A DNA stretch of 64,000 nucleotides from Dicyema japonicum (lineage: Eukaryota > Animalia > Dicyemida). Shown here piece by piece: positions 41,321 to 54,365 of this stretch (positions within the stretch are counted from its first letter, which is position 1; each line of letters begins with the position of its first letter). Made by a program: the position numbers and the translations under genes. The stretch spans positions 1,174,657 to 1,238,656 of the forward strand of contig RDEW01000005.1 of NCBI GenBank assembly GCA_011109175.1, in the 5' to 3' direction. The notes under the pieces are model-generated. The model searched no databases and was not told the origin of the DNA. It was given only the letters and a program-made list of their open reading frames with translations.

Positions 41321-43805
41321 TGTCCCACTTGAGGACCGTAGATTTACCCGCAAGATCTTTCATTGTAAGGTTAACGGAGTAGTATTAACCTGTATCAATA
41401 AGGCTGTAGCTTATGCGGTGGAGGCTAAGCCAGTAGGGTCACTGGGTGACATCTCCCTAGTGCTTTATGCATCACAGATCACCTATGAGGAATTGACGGA
41501 CAAGCCCAGACCACTCAGTAAATGGAGGGAGCAGATCTGTGCTAAGATTGCTTGGAGACAGACTGAGCTGGATGCACTGGAGAGGCACATAAGTAGTGTG
41601 GCGAGAGGGGTTAGAGGAAAAGCACCGCTATAGTAAAGGGGCTAATTAGTAAACTCCATGTTCACAAATGGGACCTCAAAGAGTTGAGGTGGGCAATAAT
41701 GGTGTATAAGAGGAAACTCTATACACATTAAAGTCGGTGTAAGAGAAGGAGAGAAAATAATCTGTTTGATTTTAATCGCAGATTGTTTTACCGTCGCCTA
41801 CACGAAAATGGCCTTAGTGCATGCTCCAGTAGGACGCGGAAATGCTTTCCACATGGGTAATATGTGGGAGGCGAATTTCCCGTACAGCGCAAGCTCTTTC
41901 TTGGCGGAATCATGCGGAATTTTCGATTTCGCAAGAAATTTGAGGCGGTAGTGAGACATCTCCTGATTGGAAAACGACCGGGGTCGATAAAATTTATAAT
42001 TTCTTTATCAAAAGATGCACTTCATTGCACGAGTCTGTGTCGTGTATTACAGAAAAGCATCACTGACCCGGAAACGATTCCTGATTGGGCCTGCACCGGG
42101 ACAACTTATTTGATCCCAAAGCTGGACAACCCTCAGTCTGCTGCAGATTTATGACCGATAACCTGCATACCAACCCTGTATAAACTGATGACCAAATTGG
42201 TGGCTAATGAGGTCAGGAGCTTTGTAGAAGCAAATGGGATTCTTTTCGAGAAGGGGCAAAAGAGCAGGCTTTGATCAACAAGTGCCTTTCTGTGTCTCAC
42301 GGAAACTCACTTTTCTATGTGGGTGGATGTGACGATTCAGTTGATCATTCTTACTTTGTCGAGTGCCTAACAGTTTGTGTATGCCTGTGTGTTCATCAGC
42401 TTTGTAGTGGCTGAGATGAATAGGTGGAGTATTCAACTATAATAGGCACCAGATAGGCGAGGTAAAACTCAAGAGGTGGATCCTTCAGGGGGATAGCATG
42501 TCTCCGCTGCTCTTTGTTCTCTGTTTGGAGCTATTGAGTTGCCGCCTCAATGACCGGTTTGAGCAAATACCAGTTCATTGTGAGGGGTTTGTTTCAGTAC
42601 AAATCACCTTCTTTTTATCGATTACTAAGATGTATGCTCGAACAGCCGAGGAGCTCTACTTCATGGGGGTCTGCGCCAGGGAATTCTTTGAGAGTATAGA
42701 CTAGATTTGTATTATTCAAAGTCTGCGACTAACACGCAAGTATGTAGCGAGTTAGTAAGAGTCCTAGAGGAACACGAAGGATATAAGTATCTGGGTGTTA
42801 CCGAAACTCCAAAGTCCCTTATAATGCCTGAGACAAAGCGACAAATTACTGAAGGCATCCGTAGAAGAGCAGCGTTATTATGTAAGACGTCTCTAAATTC
42901 AAGGAATTTGTTCCTAGCATTAAATGAGTATGCTATCTCGCTGCTAAACTACTACATAGGTGTTGTGGAGTTTGAGCCCAAAGAGTATGATGAGATGGAT
43001 GTTATGATCCGTGGAGTAGTCAGAGAGAACCATGTTTATGTGCTGGCAGCCAATAAGGAGGACTATATTTACCCTGTGATAAATTCGGGCCGTGGACTGT
43101 GTGGAGTAGTCTAACTAAGTGAGCGTATCCTAATGCGAATGCACGACACCCTGATAGCTGGGTCAAGTGTGTCTGCTAGGAAGCACGCCATAATAACGAC
43201 CGAGAAAACACGGGCAACCCACCTAGGCACTATCAGACTTTTTTTGTCTGCTAAGTATGGTGTTGATGATGGTGGACTAGTAAATGTGAAGGCGTTGATC
43301 GAATTACAATATAATAATTTGATGGAAAAGATAAACTTAAAAAGCCTTCATAAGGTCCTCTTCAGAGCATTGGACAACCCACATGTCGACCTTAAATCGT
43401 CGACAATATAGCTAAAATACGGTGACAACTCACCTCGATCGGAGGCGCTGTACACGTATATGCAAGACCTTTTTTGGGTCGATCAACAAATACATGTCCC
43501 CATTGTAAGTCAGGGAGCATGTCGATTGATCATTTAGCCACTCGGTGCGGATCCATGCTCTGCCACTACTATGTGTGGAGGCATAACGAGGTAGTAAGAA
43601 GTCTTCATCTTCTACTATGCAATAAGTATGGTATTCGCCACACCAGAAAGTTGCGGACTCATAAGGTGCAATCTGTAGTAGAGAACACCAGGGTCCAAAT
43701 TAAGGTAGACAGTGTTATCCGTACCTCGGTGCTAGTCAAGCACAATAAACCGGACATTGTGGCACACGATAAAAAGTATGGCCAAGTCCTTATAGAAATT
43801 GGCAT
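41320..43805 (+). mobile_element. R4/Dong-like element, copy 3 (longest, frameshifted)
   Basis: GTTYLIPK, PITCIPTLYK, QGDSMSPLLF, YKYLG, RHNEVV, HNKPDI. Confidence 0.85.
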
Positions 43806-44152
43806 TCACTTACTACTATAAGTCCCTTTCAGTCGGAATTTAAAACCTAGCTCAATGAGTTATTTTATTATTACAACAGCACGTTCAGAAGAATTAAAAA
43901 TAATCAACATGAATCAAAAAAATATAGACTTTTTAAAAAATATCTTTGTTATCGAACGAATTTTGATAGAAACCAATTAGAATGACGTGTGACAAATTGA
44001 TTGACGGGTGACATGTAGCCACCATGGGAGCCCGTGCGGGACGAGACATAATAATATTGCACTGCGGAACCTGCATAGTATACGACCAATATTTGATTTA
44101 TAATAATTAATAAATAATAATTATTTGTTAATTTAATGAATGATTATTAAAA

Positions 44153-45469
44153 TTATTTAATTATTGGGATTTTAAATATGGGAGAATCATGCGAGAAAGA
44201 AATATTGTTTCTAATTTTCAAGCATTTGTTTTGGTAGATATCGATTGAATTATTTTTAATTTTTATTTCATTTTCCATTACACTTTTCATTTTAGTTAAT
44301 TTGTTGTGGTGGGATTTACATATTTTGTATTTATTTTTGAGTGTCTCTTTTGATGTTTCAATATTTTTAATTTCATAATTTAATCTACCATGATTACTTA
44401 AATCACTGTTTGGTTGGGGAATCATTACAATTTTCAATGTTCGGACGTTTAACTCTTGTCTGTAGTCTATTATTAGCAATTTTGAGTGGATCACGTAAAT
44501 ATTTAATATTTTGTGTTATTATAGAAATTGAATCATCAATTTCTTTTATTTCATTGATAGTCTATTATTCAGTTTAATAATACTTGATTAAGTTGGTTTT
44601 CTAGTTTATGTTTGTCAACTTTAATCTCCTCAATCCTTTCTTTGAGACACGAATTGACTTTACTATAATGTTTCCAAATCTCTTTTCCTGATAGTCTTAT
44701 ACAATTGTCAATGTCATATCTTAGGTTTTCTGTCACTTTTCGTTGTTTTTGTGATTTGATTATATTATTTATTGTACATTTTAACCATTTCTGTTGTGTA
44801 CTCATGTTATTGTTGGACAAACTCTTTTCATTAAAAACAGACATTCTCTCAGCAGATTGGTCAGTCATTAGTGCTTCATGTTTGTCATTACTATCACTCT
44901 CACATTCTTCAAGACTTTTTATATTCAATCTATTTATTATTTATTATTCACTTTAATTGTGCTGACACCTCATTTGATAATTTATTAATCTCTCCTTTCC
45001 ATTTTTGTATTATTGAGATTTCCTTTAATCAAACTATTTTTAACTTTAAGTAATGCCTTCTCAACCAAATCATTAAGTAGTCCTTTCCTTCCTCCACAAT
45101 ATTTCAGACATTGACTACCACATTCTAGTGGTTTTTCAATATTTGTGTATAGTTTGCTTAGGGACTTTTGACACTCCTTTATGTTACATTTCATAGTACA
45201 TCAAGACGGACAATTTCAAACTTCATTAATTTGCATTCTTCACAAAGTTGAGAATGTCTCAATGAAAGGTCATTTATTCGTTGTCCTGAAATAACAAATA
45301 CAGTAAACCAAGTTTATGATTACATTTTATTTGATTTGTTTTAGTGATTGCTACTGTTTCGTTAATAGTTTGTTCAATATCCCTTCTTAATTGTTGTCCA
45401 ACTTGTCTGAGAATATTATAATTTGTTCTTTAAAATATTATATTATTATAACCTAAAGACTTGCTTCAT
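44153..45469 (-). CDS. TEKT: Tektin (Tektin-1-like, divergent) with several introns of about 22-25 nt; 5' end uncertain (ATG at 45469 or up to 45583)
   Basis: Spliced: KLGQRINDL, PLECGSQCL, DSNDKHEAL, QKWLKCTINNI, signature RLQTRVKRPNIENCND (nonapeptide at 44421-44447), ENEIKIKNNSIDIYQNKCL. Confidence 0.85.
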
Positions 45470-47213
45470 ATTGTTATAGAAACATTATTATAGTTACCAA
45501 TTTATGTCAGATTTAATAGGCACAATAATAAGCTCCTGCAGCTCTCTTATACTTTGCTTGGGCACTTTAACAACCATTGCCATGGAATTTTATTATTTAC
45601 CTTCTTCAGTTCATAGAGACATCATTTGAGTTCCTGCATTTACGGGGACAAATTACCATCCACGAGCTCTATTTTTGCATCCTTCAATAGAAATAATTAT
45701 CTCTTCCATAGAAATCCTCCCACACTAAGCCCCCTCCACAAACGAGAATGAATCCTTTCAAGAAAATCATTTTGTATGTCTTCGGAAATAATCAACAGAC
45801 GATCCAATTCTTGTACCTGAGCGAGTTGTTATCTCAAAGCATCTGGCACATCTTTCTGGATCCGAGAACCTTCTCGAGATTTGAGATTCATCTCTTCACT
45901 TTTTTATCCAAAGAATTATTTTCGAAAAAGTTTCCAAATTTTAGGATTATTACGATAGAGGATGGAACATTCTTTGTTCCATCTCTCCTCTTCAATACGC
46001 TCCGATGCTTCAATCAATAACTTTTTTATGGACTTGATCCTTTCTTTAAGTAAGATTATTGGGGATCTCAATAGTATCTTAGTTTACCTTCCAAATACGA
46101 GACTTCCACTCAAGATAACTTTCCGAAAACGAATTGATGAGACTTTTATGAAGATCAATACCGATTTGAAAATTCATAGAAAATAGAATTCGAATTTTCA
46201 GAAGAAAATAACAACCCTTTAAAATATCATGGGGAAGAATTAATTTGAGAAAATCTGAACTTTAAAAGTAAAAACCTCCATATCCTCTTTATAATTAAGT
46301 CATTATTAGGGCAATTTTTATGGAAACTAAAATTGCAAAAAATGGCAACTAAAATTTCAAACGCTTAAATTAATCTCCTAAGGCTTCAGTAGAAAAAAAC
46401 TCGTTCATAATTAGAGTCCAAACAAAGAGCGGTTAAAGGAAAGAGAAATCCAGTTCTTGGCATTCACTAAATAAGTATCAAGATCAACGGATCAGTGCCT
46501 TGGTCGTTAACACCCTCACAGACTTGGAATCATCAAAGGAATACTCTTCACCATTTGTTACCTCGAGGCTAAATAGAATTTCCTTTGATGAAATGTGACT
46601 GATATCTCAGAAACATGGTCAGACGTAACAAGATTTGGAAATCAACTTTTTTTTGGGATTTCGTCAAGGAAAACCAGATGATAAAGAATTCAAAGATTTT
46701 CTCAGTATCTTGAAGCAACAAAGGTTGAAGAACAAACAAAACATCAATCCAAAACTCGGGAAACAAATGTAACAGGGAATGTCTTCTCTTCTAATGTACT
46801 CGTCTACTAGAACCAGTGCTCGAAAAAGTTAGAGAGCTTAAATGACCATGCTGTTTCCTCTGACGATAGCTATCGAGATACGCTATCGAAACCATTTAGT
46901 CTCACGTGGATCCTTGGCGACCCTTTTAATTAATGAGCCGATCCAACGGACTAGATCGTCAACCTGCACGACAGTGGATGGTAGCCATATTTATCGATTA
47001 AACGTCCATAAGAAATTTTGGCTCCGCACTCACTTTAAGACCAAGATGTAGCGAGGCGGCTATTCTTACTGCCTCATCATCCAACAGGTTACCAATCTCG
47101 GCATAAGCGTTCACTCAAGAACCTGTTGAATGGCAGCTAGCCGTTTTTAAATTTGGCCACTAAATTCTAAGGAACCAAAAATAGCCAAATTTGGGAGGGT
47201 TAACTGTATATTA

Positions 47214-48998
47214 TGTCACATGGGCCAAGCGATGCCTATGCCTGTTACATTAACCTTGAACCAAGATTAACTTCAATTAATTTTATAAATGATTTATTAA
47301 CCACAAAAAATTAAATTTAAGTAACTTTTTTTAGTCTAGTCATTAATACAGTCGATATTTCTCCTTTCGAATTTTTTATCTATCAAATTAAACTATTTAA
47401 AACTACCTCCACGCGATTATTCGATAAAATATTAATTATTTATGCAACTGGATAATACTGAGACTCAAACTTATCCAGTCGCAATGAGGGATTTGTTCCA
47501 AAGTCCTTTTTAGCCCGAACCTATTTATTAATGTTTTTGATTCATACTTTATCTCCCATGTTAAAAGTATATTTACTATTATGAACATTCATTTTCCTGT
47601 TCATAGCTTTGTAATAATTAGAATTTTCTTCAATCGATTTAATTTCGAAATTGAATCTCTTCGCATTCGGACACAAATTATCTGACTGGGAATTATCTAG
47701 ATATAAATTATTTAAATCAAACTACGTGAATTTTCAATAGATTCTGGAGTCGAACAATTAACCAAATCGTCAATTTGTTCTGGAATCGCACACTCATCAC
47801 TTAAATTATCTAAGTCATAATGTGATATAAGTATAACCATTAATTATTGAATTTATTCCCTTAATTCCTCGATATCTTTCGAAAGGACTTTCGTTGGAAA
47901 ATGAATGGACCGATATGTTATAACTGTAGACAGCACTTTCTAATTTATCAAGCCGCTTTTTTTCACTGTTATCCAGCATTTTTGACAACTTTCTCGTGAT
48001 CGTCTGATTAAATCTTTCGACAATTCCTTGTGCTCGTGGATTGTTAGGCCTTCCGTGAATTTGCTTAATGTTAAAATTTTCGGAAAGTTTTGTTATTTCT
48101 TGATTTTTAAATTCAGAACTATTGTCCGACTGAAGAAATTTACATGGCCCATTCAGGCGGAACAAAGATCTTAAGTTTTCACATACTTCTATACCAGATA
48201 TAATATAGAGTGGTCGTACAAAAGCGAATCTATAAATTAAAAAAAAACCAGCCTACTATATATGTCAATGACCGTTAAAATCCATTTGAAATTTTCATTT
48301 AATGTTGAAAATTTTTTCAGGTCTATTAGATCTACCTGAAAACGTTCATTTGGAGAAGAAGCAAACACATGGTGATTTATATCTCCAATCTACAATTATA
48401 AAAAATCACGAACTTTTAAAGGACGCGAAAATTTGCAGACTTCACAATTTCGAATGACTTTTCTGATAATCTCATTCTTTACAGTGATCTTTGTCGACAT
48501 TCATACTCAATTTTATTGACTCCTCCGTGTGAAAACTCGTGCAACGATTTCGCAACATGCTCCATTTCGGTTTCATTATCCAGGGATATGACTAACTTGT
48601 AATCAGTTGATTTAAGATACAGTCTAAAATTATTGCAAATTTACAATACCTGTCATTGATAATGGAAAAATTCTCTATCTTCTTTACAAGCCTATATTTT
48701 CGGTGCCTCGGAAGATTTTCGGGAAATTTATCATGCAAAGCATTTTTTAAAGTTTGATATTCAACGCAATCTTTCACAAAACCCTTGTAAGAAGCCATTG
48801 CAACAAAATAATCTTCCGTGCTATAAATCTAGGTTTACCGCTATAAAAAATAAAATCTTTATAATCATAACATTTATGAATAAAAAACTAATTTAACAGG
48901 ATTAAATCACGATATAAATCGGATATATAAAATTAAATGTCGGATAATCAAAAGACCTTTTAAAGGTCGAAAAAATGTAACAGGCTGCCCATGTGACA
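47214..48998 (-). mobile_element. Ginger (Ginger2/Tdd-like) DNA transposon with a Gypsy-like integrase, TIRs, a 5-bp TSD and three micro-introns
   Basis: TIR TGTCACATGGGC..GCCTGTTACATT at both ends; TATTA on both flanks; HHCC (HEFSH..CEVC); DDE (QVDLID, QSDNSSEF, GIVERFN). Confidence 0.88.
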
Positions 48999-50479
48999 TA
49001 TTAATCTTAATAGAACCTAAATAACGAGTCACAAGAAAAAGTTATTTATTTTTAAAACCCGTCTAGCTCAATCTCCTCTTCTTTAGGCCAACCTCTATTG
49101 CACGCATAGGTGTGTCCACGTCGACACATACCAGAGACTACTCTCGGTTGGCATTCCATTTTTCTCCTCACCAGGCATCGATGCTCTATTCCTCTCCTCT
49201 GACTTCATGCTCTTCAGAGTCTTCCGCATTAATAACGTTTCCATATATGCTCTCACAATTTCCCCCACTTTGAGGCCATCCAGGGCGCTCTTAACAATGT
49301 GATGACCATAGGGATTATTTTCACCTTTGCGTGATGGATAATCTCAAGTTCGTTCCAGAGGTAAGTAATACTTATGGAACTTTTCCACTTCGATCTGCCT
49401 GAGCAAGTCCTAATTTCAACAAGAGTAATCGTATTGCCAATTGCTTCTTCCCGTTCATTTCACTAGCCGTTTGAATTTGCTCAAGTTGTTGCTTAAGTTT
49501 AGTGAGTTTGTCTTTCATCAACTCTTCCCAATCACTTTTAGTGATATTCTTGGTAAGACTCTCGTCCCCATCATTTATGATATCAGTAATATCTTTGATA
49601 TCAAACTAGGCAAGGAATATATTCCTTTATTGCTGCATTAATTTACAATCTCATTTCTAAGCATTTTTCTGGTATTCCTAGTGGGAATACCAAGGTTCCC
49701 TTCTGTTGTGAGTACTTTCACAATTTGGCATCTGAACTCCTCAAAGTATTTTTCAAAATTTGAAACTTTATTTTTTGTTTTTTCTCCACTAAAAGACCAC
49801 AAAGTGATTCATTCAACTTGGAAGAGAGCAGGCACTTAAAACGGATTTCAATGTCCCGAATCTCAAGTTAAAAGCGTTCGTAATCAGAGGACAACCATCA
49901 AGGGGTATCCTTTTGAATCTGGATTTTACTGACTCAACGACTTCCACAGCCAATTGTTCCCGATTCACAGTGTGAACTTTGTCAACTATGGATTGCAGAG
50001 AGAAGCTGTTCTTTAAGGTCAATTTGTTGAGTCTTGGGCAAGTCATTGACCATATTCTCTACGGTCAGATGAATTGTGATCCTATATAATGGAGAAAATT
50101 CAAAATATAACAAAAAGTAACTATTATAATTTAAGCGGATACCATATAACGACAAGTTGTGAGGACAATTAAAAAGTTGTTTTAATGATAACAAAACAGA
50201 AATTTCAAAAGCACTTATGTGATAAAACTATATTATTATGGGCTATACCAATTAGTCTATTTGAATCCCGGGATGATCGAGAAAGACGGAAAAAACGACA
50301 GACTGTTAGGTAATCCCATAAGGTTAAAATAATTTTAACCCTATAATTTTAAATTTTATTTATTTTTTAGTCAATAAGGCGATTAAGCGTGAAAAGGGTT
50401 GAAAATATAGGAGGTCGAAGGATCGGTGTGCAAGTTGTGCGGTGAGTTGGGCTTAAAATTCCCGTCTAACTTCGCTTGA

Positions 50480-51190
50480 CAGCAGAGTTAGGACTCGATT
50501 GCATGTATGAGCACTCTGGAGGCCAGGAAAAAAAGCGCCAACCCACACCGACTAGCAAGCATTAGCTGCCCGCACATCACGGAAATGGAGTCTGGCTCGA
50601 GGCCCTACCGTGCCCACATTTGGGGACCCTCCTTGACTAAAACAGCATGAGGATCGGGGTGACACTGCGCCTAGGACTGGACATATGCCAGAGACACAAA
50701 TGCCGTTGCGGCGGAAACGTTGATACGAAAGGCTTACGTCCACTCTCTTGCCGACGAAGTGCTGGTCGAGCCCCGCGTCACGCAGCCCTCAATGACATCA
50801 TTTTTCGAGCCCTCAAGGCCGAGGGATTTTTGGCCCAATTAGAACCTTTGGGCTTAGACAGAGGCGATGTGAAGAGGCCGGATGGCATGACGTTATTCCA
50901 ATACTCCTACGGAAAATCATTCGTCTGGGACGCAACGTGTGTGGACACCTTTTCGGGAGCCAGATTGCTGACGGCGACGCACTCTCCTGGAGACGCAGCC
51001 GACCAGGCGGAGGTCAAGAAGATCCATAAGTACGAATCCCTCGAAGACCATTTCCATTTCGCCCCCATTGCTGTGGACACAACTGGAATTGTAGGTGCGA
51101 AGACGGACGCCTTTCTCCACAGTATTGGAAGCAAACTCGCCTCAAAAAGGTGCGAGCCACGAGAGGGACTCTGGTTAAGGCAGAGGCTCG
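50480..51190 (+). mobile_element. CRE-like element, endonuclease fragment
   Basis: CRCG..LSCRRSAGRAPRH, KRPDGMT..VWDATCVDT. Confidence 0.85.
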
Positions 51191-51324
51191 AAATTTTGTC
51201 GTCCTAATTATTGTCTAAATTAATTTATTTGTTGAATAAAACGTTAATATTTGAATGTTTAATACTTTATTTTATATTTTAAATTTTATTATTAATTTGA
51301 ATTACTTAATTTAACCTTATCAGT

Positions 51325-51747
51325 TTAAGAAGAGGATCAATGTATTAAAATGTTTATCTGGAATATGGAAGACAGGTACCCATTCGGTCTTGATGAACAT
51401 TTACAAACAATACATCGAACCATGCTTCTCTTACGCGTTTGCTTCGTGGGGACATTCATTATCATGGACGAACACTAAGAAAATTGAGGACGTTCAAAAG
51501 AAGGCTTTCAGAATGACGGAGCGGTGGTCTTGTGGGAGACACAGAACCGGACCGACTACTCTGGAGGCCCTCATTAAACAAAACTCCGGCATGCGGGAAG
51601 GTGGCCCTGCAAATACAGTCAGCCGCCCTGTACGAGCTTGTGTGGCTACGAGGGAGGAGCACCGGAAAAAATGAGGATTTTGGCGGAGCGCATCGGGATC
51701 ACGTGATAGTTAGTTTTGGTTTTACCGTGGTCTTGGGTGTTAAAAAA
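51325..51747 (+). mobile_element. Ingi/Vingi-like LINE, 3' end
   Basis: YKQYIEPCFSY..REEHR; tail gggatcacg..cgtggtcttgggtgttaaaaaa. Confidence 0.85.
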
Positions 51748-52045
51748 TGTGGTGCTGCGTGGTTAATTGGTTAAAGTTTTCTGTTTGCTTGTCTGTTCCT
51801 CTTCTCTCTTCCTAATAGGGTGGCGTCATGTGATTCATTTGTCTAGGTGGCGCCCAGTGCCAGGTCGGCACGAAAAAAAATCATTTGCTCTCCCCCACTC
51901 CACTGGAGGGATTTCCACAACTGCATGTAATGGACGTCTTACCTTTTATGTTGATTCCGGATGGACTCTGTAGAAGTGGAAACTGGATACACTTAATTAG
52001 TTGTTTACTTTAACTTTTTTCTCGTTGTGTCCGGGGTTAATAAAT
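51748..52045 (+). mobile_element. Non-autonomous family A, copy 3, directly after the LINE tail
   Basis: Colinear with copies 1 and 2. Confidence 0.85.
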
Positions 52046-52459
52046 AATGTTATATAAATATCTTAATATGGCATACACAAATATTTTTCTGAATTGCCAC
52101 TCAATTAATGACTTTTACAACCTGAATTGACCAGTTGACTACGCGCTTTTCTGAAAGCGCAGAGAAAAGTCCAAGCGTTTGCAGGACTTGCGGCATGAGG
52201 CCAAATAACTCCCTCTTTAATTTTTATTTGCTAAAGTTGTTAAAGTTCGGATTTGCTTTAAAGTAATTTTATATTTCGGTTCTTTTCCTTGGGGCTTTAA
52301 CATCCCTACTTTACTCCGGGATTTTACTTTTCAATTTTCTTTGGGGATTTAACTTTTTTATTTTGTTTCTCTTGAAACAAAACTTAGTGGTTGTTAATAT
52401 TTTCAAGTGATAAATTTGTTTTATCAACCCAGACAGTATCACCGGGTTCTTATGACATC

Positions 52460-53135
52460 TAAATTGATTGGTATAAACGAATTAATGGAAAACACTTAGA
52501 TCCTTTATTAACGATGACAACTCGGCCGCACGTGAAGAAATGGAAAACAAGATAAACAAACTTATGAAGTACTACTCCACGAGTTTTATCCCACACAAGA
52601 AATTCGAAGGTCCATCCATTTTAGCTTTCAAACCTAAAAGAGCTACCTCCCCGATTGTCCTCTCTGTGGAGAACGTGCAGAAAATGGTTAAGGGTCAAAA
52701 GTCGACTTATTCCTGTTGTCCGGACGGAATCACTGCAATAGTTCTGAAAAACATAGGCCCCTATGCTACAATGGCCCTCACCAAAATCTTCAACTTTTCA
52801 ATCAACGAAAATTGTATTCCTTCCATATGGAAGCTATCAAACAGTCGACCAATTCTGAAACCCGGGCGACCGAAGGGATCACCAGCCTCATACAGACCAA
52901 TATCTCTCCTATGTGTTACATCAAAACTTTTGGAAAAGCTGATTCTTGAACTAATCAAACCATACTTTCCTGATGCACCTATTCAACACGGATTCAGAAA
53001 AGGACACTCCACAGAAACGAATCTTACATGCCTTACAAATTTCATCAAGGATGGACTAAACGCAAACCTCATCAAAAGTCTTTGTTATGCTCCATCGATA
53101 TAGAAAAGGCTTTGGACACTGTCCCAAGAAAGCTT
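52460..53135 (+). mobile_element. Ingi/Vingi-like RT fragment
   Basis: CPDGI..SYRPISLLC..QHGFRKGHST. Confidence 0.8.
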
Positions 53136-53489
53136 TTCGGCTCAACGAAAGCTAAATTTTGTTAAAACACTCAAGATAAAAGGTGTTTCAACTCAAATTT
53201 GGACTCGCTCCACGTGAAGTATATTCAACCGTCTCTAACTTACGGGTGTGCTACATGGGGAACCAAACTATCAAACGCGAATATGGAAAAATCAATACAT
53301 TCCAAAAATTGGCCAGTAAGGCTCTGCAAAGGTTTTCCCAGACACTTCTAAACCCTACACCATTTGAGGGATTAGTGAGGAAAACCGGAGCCTTACTTAA
53401 AAACAAATCATGTCATAATCATTAATACAAATCATGTCATAATGGTTCAGCTCACATTGTCTGACATTCTAGTCTATTTCAAAAAAATG

Positions 53490-53700
53490 TTATTATGCAA
53501 TAACTATGGATGACTTGACGAGTGACGCAGTCATCAGTGGGGATCACTGCGGAACTGGATAGTCAAAAGGACATACACACAAGAGAAAGAAAAAAGAAGA
53601 AGTGAAGAGCATTCCTTGGTTCTCCTCTACGATTAGTTAGAATAACTGTTCTTTATAAAGTGTGTGTTCTGCACGAGCGAAACCCTAGGCATCTTACGTG
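53490..53700 (+). repeat. Short interspersed family B copy
   Basis: Aligns with 60120-60290. Confidence 0.8.
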
Positions 53701-54365
53701 CTTATGGCAACACGGTAGTGCTTAATTAATTATTAACTATGGATTAAATTCGTATGATAATCGTATAGCGGATTATCATGATTGACAAAAGTATACAAGT
53801 AGTAAAAACAATGATTAACAGAGGGATATCAATGTTAATGAGTAATTAAGATATCGATCAAGAAAAATATAAGGTCATGAATATTATTCATTCAAGTGTT
53901 AAAATATTATTACAAAATTATTTTTTATTGTATAATACCATAGCAGGCAAATAAGAAGGAAACATAAGAAATCGTTGACAGTAAACTTAGAAAAACACAA
54001 TAAAAGTTAGGGCGATAATGTACAATATATAATTTACTTAACAACACGATGTAATATCAGGATAAAAATGGTATAATAACATAAGCATTGCACATTAACC
54101 AGATTTTTAATTAAATTGATTAAATTTAATATATTACAAATAAAATTATTTAACAAAATTTTTATTTAAATATAAAAAAATTTAAATTAAAATAAGAGAA
54201 TTTGAATTATTGTGTTAGTGCATACTGTTCTAGTGGTCCATTTCTTAATTATTATATTTAATAAAATAGAATAATTAAATTATAGCTTATTAAAAATTAA
54301 TTTCAATAATATATTACTATTTATTTTTATATTTATAATTTTTCTGGTGGTTATGTTTTTAGTTT

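Noticed and set aside
40785-41633. 282-aa ORF as a novel fusion protein
   Set aside because: A chance in-frame join of an integrase-like scrap, a CRE fragment and an R4 fragment, with no ATG context
45600-47150. Short ORFs upstream of tektin, and at 49100-50200
   Set aside because: They look like heavily decayed TE linker sequence, and no family could be supported
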